Shown here: piece after piece, positions 59,916-64,000 of the stretch
Position numbering within the stretch: position 1 is the stretch's first letter
Layout of the letters: each line of letters opens with the position of its first letter
Notes under the pieces: model-generated
Databases searched by the model: none
Told to the model about the DNA's origin: nothing
The model's input: only the letters and a program-made list of their open reading frames with translations
Made by a program: the position numbers and the translations under genes
NCBI GenBank assembly: GCA_039815185.1
Contig: JBCBZT010000009.1
Location: 64,001-128,000, forward strand
Source: Cyanobacteria bacterium P01_A01_bin.123
GTDB taxonomy: Bacteria > Cyanobacteriota > Cyanobacteriia > Phormidesmidales > Phormidesmidaceae
DNA: 64,000 nt
Reading direction: 5' to 3'

Positions 59916-61757
59916 ATGTTCTCAAAAGAGAAATTAGACGGATTAAAAGATAAATTAAAAGACAAAAAGCTGCCGCTGCGATTAATCATGGGTACGGTGG
60001 CGCTGGGTATTGTGGGTGGGGCGATCGCCTATGGCTGGGTTGTCGTGCGTAATTTAGGCCCCAAAAATTTACCTGTAGGCGTTGAGGCCGTGCCCCAAGA
60101 TGCCCTGATGACCATGACCGTATCTACAGATACTGCCGAGTGGCGACAGCTCAGAAGATTCGGCACACCAGAGACCCAAACTCAGTGGGATGGGGTATTG
60201 GTCGAGTGGCGCGATCGCTTGTTGAGTGACAACGGGTTTGACTTTGAGACAGACATCCGCCCTTGGGTCGGGGACGATATCACCGTAGCGTTACTACCGG
60301 AGGCAACCGATGCCATCGTACCCCCCGGTGAGAATCGTGAGGGGCTGACCCAACCGTTGGTGGTGCTGCTGCCCATCGCTGATGTGGCTGCGGCCCGAGC
60401 CATGCTAGGGGAGGAAGAAGGACGACAGATTACGCCCCGTGACTACCGAGGCATCGAACTGCAAGAGATGCAGGAAACCGATGGCACAACGATGATAGCG
60501 GCGGTGTTGAGCCCCAAACTGGTGCTGGTGGCAACGACCTCAGGCGCAGCGGAAGCCGCGATCGATGCCTTTAAGGGAGGTAAGTCGATCGCAGATTTAA
60601 CGGGTTATGAGAATGCCGTGAGCCAGGCCCAAAAGAGTGAGGCGTTCGCAGAATTTTATCTAAATCTCCCCCAGGTGACCCAAGCGATCGCCCTCAATAC
60701 CGAACCGCCGTTACCGGCTGTTGGGTTGATTCCTTTCAAGCAAAACCAAGGTATGGTGGGCAGCCTTGAGCTGCGGGGAGACGGCATCCACATTCGGGGG
60801 GTGAGTTGGTTGACGGTGGGTAGCGATCGCACCTATGCCGTTGACAACAGCCCCAGCACCCTTGCCCGCAAACTGCCTGCCTCGACTTTGATGATGGCGT
60901 CGGGGCTCAATTTGCGCCAGTTTTGGATTAACTATTCCCAGGGTGCGACAGCAGGGTCATTGCTCCCTTTTAACCCAGATAATTTGCGCGTGGCCCTGCA
61001 AACCACGACAGGGCTCGACCTCGATGCAGACATTCTCTCGTGGATGGAAGGGGAATTTGCGATCGCCGTCGTAGAAGCCCCAGAATCTGAGCGATCTGCC
61101 CCAGACCCGCCCAATCAAGCGCCAGATGAAGCAGGAGCGGGAGAAGCCGTTGAACCCGTAGAACTGCCCGTAGGCTTTGCCTTTCTGGTCACCGTCAGCG
61201 ATCGCAGCGCCGCTGACGAAACCCTAGCTCAACTGGATAAAGTCGTGGGTGATCGGTATCGGTTTGACGTGGAAACAGTCGATTTAGATGGTGTTGCTGC
61301 CATCCGTTGGACCTCTCCCTTTCAGTCACTGGTGATGACCCACGGCTGGCTCGACAGTGACACTGCCTTTTTTACGTTGGGAGAGGGCGTAGCCAAGATG
61401 ATCGTCCCTAACCCCCGGCGATCGCTAGCGGAAACCAAACTGTTTCAGACCACCACTTCCCTCGCCCCCAAGGATAATAATGGTCACTTCTTTGTTGACA
61501 CTGAACAAATTTTGCAAACCGAATCCCTGTTTCAGCCGCAGGTAGATGAGTCTGGGGATGCTCAACCCATTACTAGCGTAGTTGAGGCGTTGGGGGTGAC
61601 GGCTGCGATCGCAGACAACCGCAACGTTGTTTACGACGTATATGTGCTGCTGAAAGCAGGTAGGCGCCCCGGTGCCTTGCCCGATTCAAAGCCTCAGCCA
61701 GAGCCGGAACCGGATGGAGCCACTGAAGAAGCTGATCCCCCCGCTGAAACCCCTTAA
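59916..61757 (+). CDS. DUF3352-like membrane-anchored protein
   Basis: N-terminal TM helix; DFETDIRPWVG, DILSWMEGEFA, NNGHFF. Confidence 0.7.
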   Translation: MFSKEKLDGLKDKLKDKKLPLRLIMGTVALGIVGGAIAYGWVVVRNLGPKNLPVGVEAVPQDALMTMTVSTDTAEWRQLRRFGTPETQTQWDGVLVEWRDRLLSDNGFDFETDIRPWVGDDITVALLPEATDAIVPPGENREGLTQPLVVLLPIADVAAARAMLGEEEGRQITPRDYRGIELQEMQETDGTTMIAAVLSPKLVLVATTSGAAEAAIDAFKGGKSIADLTGYENAVSQAQKSEAFAEFYLNLPQVTQAIALNTEPPLPAVGLIPFKQNQGMVGSLELRGDGIHIRGVSWLTVGSDRTYAVDNSPSTLARKLPASTLMMASGLNLRQFWINYSQGATAGSLLPFNPDNLRVALQTTTGLDLDADILSWMEGEFAIAVVEAPESERSAPDPPNQAPDEAGAGEAVEPVELPVGFAFLVTVSDRSAADETLAQLDKVVGDRYRFDVETVDLDGVAAIRWTSPFQSLVMTHGWLDSDTAFFTLGEGVAKMIVPNPRRSLAETKLFQTTTSLAPKDNNGHFFVDTEQILQTESLFQPQVDESGDAQPITSVVEALGVTAAIADNRNVVYDVYVLLKAGRRPGALPDSKPQPEPEPDGATEEADPPAETP

Positions 61758-61838
61758 TCTTTAAACAATCATCCAAGTCATGGGTAAGGCATCAGTCGGT
61801 AGCATAATAGACATATTAGAACTCAACGATTTTGTCCC

Positions 61839-62867
61839 ATGGATTTGGTCACGCTTCAGGGGTTGCTCGACAACAGCGCCTTCGCGATTTTGTTTGTCAC
61901 CATGCTGGTTTATTGGATCGGGGCTGCTTTTCCTCAGATTCCCGGACTCATTACAGCCGGGACAGGCGGTATGGCGATCGCTAACCTATGTATCGCTGCC
62001 CTGCTCATTGCTCGGTGGATCGAAGCAGGTTATTTCCCCCTAAGTAATCTGTATGAGTCGCTCTTCTTCTTGGCTTGGGGGATTACGGCGATTCATTTAC
62101 TGGCCGAACAAATGAGCCGCAGCCGTTTAGTTGGGGTCGCCACTGCTCCAGTAGCCATGGGCATTAGCGCCTTCGCGACCCTCACGCTGCCAGCTCGCAT
62201 GCAGGTGTCTGAACCCTTGGTGCCAGCACTTAAGTCCAACTGGTTAATGATGCATGTCAGCGTCATGCTGCTGAGCTACGCCACACTGCTGGTGGGCGCG
62301 TTGCTGGCGATCGCGTTTTTGATTGTCACCTGGGGCCAACCCGTGGAGCTACGGGGCAGTTCCGTCGGCACAGGCGGGTTCCGCAAAGGTCGCTATCCGC
62401 TCAAGCGTGCTGAAGACGAAGCAGTCAATCTACCTGTGACCACCCCCGCCTCCAATCCCGCTGGCAGTGCTGCGAGCGGGACAGCCGTGCTTGAGCGAGT
62501 AGAAACGGCACCCGCCACGTCAGCGCCAACCCTCTCCCCCCAGCGGCTGACCCTGGCCGACGTGCTCGACAATATCAGCTACCGCATGATTGGATTGGGA
62601 TTTCCACTGCTGACCATCGGCATTATTGCCGGAGCCGTTTGGGCAAACGAAGCCTGGGGTTCCTACTGGAGCTGGGATCCCAAAGAAACCTGGGCGCTGA
62701 TTACCTGGTTGGTATTTGCCGCCTATCTCCATGCCCGCATCACCAAAGGTTGGCAAGGCCGACGCCCAGCCATTTTAGCCGCCTCTGGGTTTGTCGTGGT
62801 TTGGGTGTGTTATCTCGGGGTGAATATTTTAGGTAAAGGACTTCATAGTTACGGTTGGTTCTTTTAA
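61839..62867 (+). CDS. ccsB: Cytochrome c biogenesis protein CcsA/CcsB
   Basis: [18 protein letters not shown] motif [27 protein letters not shown]. Confidence 0.95.
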   Translation: MDLVTLQGLLDNSAFAILFVTMLVYWIGAAFPQIPGLITAGTGGMAIANLCIAALLIARWIEAGYFPLSNLYESLFFLAWGITAIHLLAEQMSRSRLVGVATAPVAMGISAFATLTLPARMQVSEPLVPALKSNWLMMHVSVMLLSYATLLVGALLAIAFLIVTWGQPVELRGSSVGTGGFRKGRYPLKRAEDEAVNLPVTTPASNPAGSAASGTAVLERVETAPATSAPTLSPQRLTLADVLDNISYRMIGLGFPLLTIGIIAGAVWANEAWGSYWSWDPKETWALITWLVFAAYLHARITKGWQGRRPAILAASGFVVVWVCYLGVNILGKGLHSYGWFF

Positions 62868-62906
62868 CGTCCACACCGCCTAGTCTGAAATCGGATCCAA
62901 AAGCCC

Positions 62907-64000
62907 TTGAATGATCCTCTCCGCAATTCGCTAATTTCCTCTCCAGACTCCCAAGATGCCGCTGCGTTGCTCCAGGGATTTGCCCGCTTTGGGGTAGACC
63001 TGGGTCTCGATCGCATCCAAAAACTCCTGAGCGACTTGGGTAATCCTCACCAGTTGGTGCCGATCATTCACGTTGCTGGAACGAATGGTAAAGGGTCAGT
63101 TTGTGCTTACCTGTCGTCGGTGCTGACTGCTGCAGGCTACCGGGTGGGTCGCTACACCTCTCCCCATCTAGTGAGTTGGCATGAGCGCATTTGTATCAAC
63201 CAGCAGCCCATCGATGAAGCTGTGCTTAGCGCCCGACTGCATCAGGCGATCGCCGCCATTGATCCCAAAGCGCCCACCCCCACACAGTTCGAGGTGATAA
63301 CTGCGGCAGCGTGGCTCCATTTTGCCGAAGAGGAGGTGGATATTGCCGTCATGGAGGTCGGCCTGGGGGGACGGCTGGATGCTACTAACGTCTGCGATCG
63401 CCCCCTAGTCAGCATCATCACGTCGATTAGCAAAGACCATTGGCAGCGTCTTGGCCCCACCGTTGGAGACATTGCTGGCGAAAAAGCGGGCATTCTCAAA
63501 TTCCAATGCCCTGCGGTGATTGCGCCCCAGGTATCAGAGGTGCGCCAGGTGATCGAAACTAAGCTGGCCGAACTTGACTGTCCCGCAATCTGGGTACAGC
63601 CTGCAACAGCAGATCAGCAGGGACAATTGACGGCTCAAACCAGCTTGGGTTCTGTAAGCTACTCCCTAGGATTGCTGGGCGACCACCAGCGGATTAATTC
63701 TGCCGTCGCGATCGCAGCCCTTCAGACCCTAAAGCAGCAGGGTTGGAACCTTTCAGACACCGCTATCCAAACCGGGATGGCATCGGCGCGGTGGCCAGGA
63801 CGATTGCAGTGGGTGACTTGGTCGCCTAGTCACGGGCAGTCCGCCCAGGGGACAGAGTTGAAACTCTTAATTGATGGTGCCCACAATCCTGCTGCTGCCG
63901 CTGCGCTGCGGCCCTATGTAGACTATTTGCTGGCAGTAAAGGCGACCGCAAATTTCCCTAAACCCAGCGTTACCTGGATCATGGGTATGCTAGCGACCAA
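62907..64000 (+). CDS. folC: Folylpolyglutamate/dihydrofolate synthase; runs off the window end
   Basis: Not in the ORF track. HVAGTNGKGS, YTSPHL, EVGLGGRLDATN, RWPGRLQ, IDGAHNP. Start uncertain. Confidence 0.92.
   Translation, partial: MNDPLRNSLISSPDSQDAAALLQGFARFGVDLGLDRIQKLLSDLGNPHQLVPIIHVAGTNGKGSVCAYLSSVLTAAGYRVGRYTSPHLVSWHERICINQQPIDEAVLSARLHQAIAAIDPKAPTPTQFEVITAAAWLHFAEEEVDIAVMEVGLGGRLDATNVCDRPLVSIITSISKDHWQRLGPTVGDIAGEKAGILKFQCPAVIAPQVSEVRQVIETKLAELDCPAIWVQPATADQQGQLTAQTSLGSVSYSLGLLGDHQRINSAVAIAALQTLKQQGWNLSDTAIQTGMASARWPGRLQWVTWSPSHGQSAQGTELKLLIDGAHNPAAAAALRPYVDYLLAVKATANFPKPSVTWIMGMLAT

Overview
Chromosomal window from a cyanobacterium: the HIP1 octamer GCGATCGC is abundant, and the window carries a PSII S4-domain gene, ccsB, cyanophycinase and natF/natG. 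Housekeeping genes alternate with accessory blocks. The main points of interest are: (1) a dapD / class-IV aminotransferase / dapE operon, suggesting a succinylase lysine route with an IlvE-fold enzyme in the DapC position; (2) an unannotated 28-codon Leu-rich leader peptide ahead of a proteobacterial-type leuA, suggesting ribosome-mediated attenuation; (3) a guanidine-I riboswitch and an NtcA-consensus site upstream of a sodium:solute symporter, a candidate guanidine importer; (4) a TrcR-like ribbon-helix-helix repressor divergent from a leader ORF, hairpins, a terminator and an alr0857-like gene; (5) a RAYT transposase with four REP palindromes, two of which bracket a hydrolase gene; (6) an orphan VgrG plus PAAR-like pair next to a possible immunity gene; (7) two inverted 105-bp structured elements flanking a DUF3179 gene; (8) CHAT/TPR and internalin-like LRR paralog clusters, one LRR copy carrying a nonsense codon in its signal peptide; (9) several 3'-only gene remnants. 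No rRNA, tRNA or CRISPR array was found. Family calls rest on recognised motifs and recall, not on database searches.
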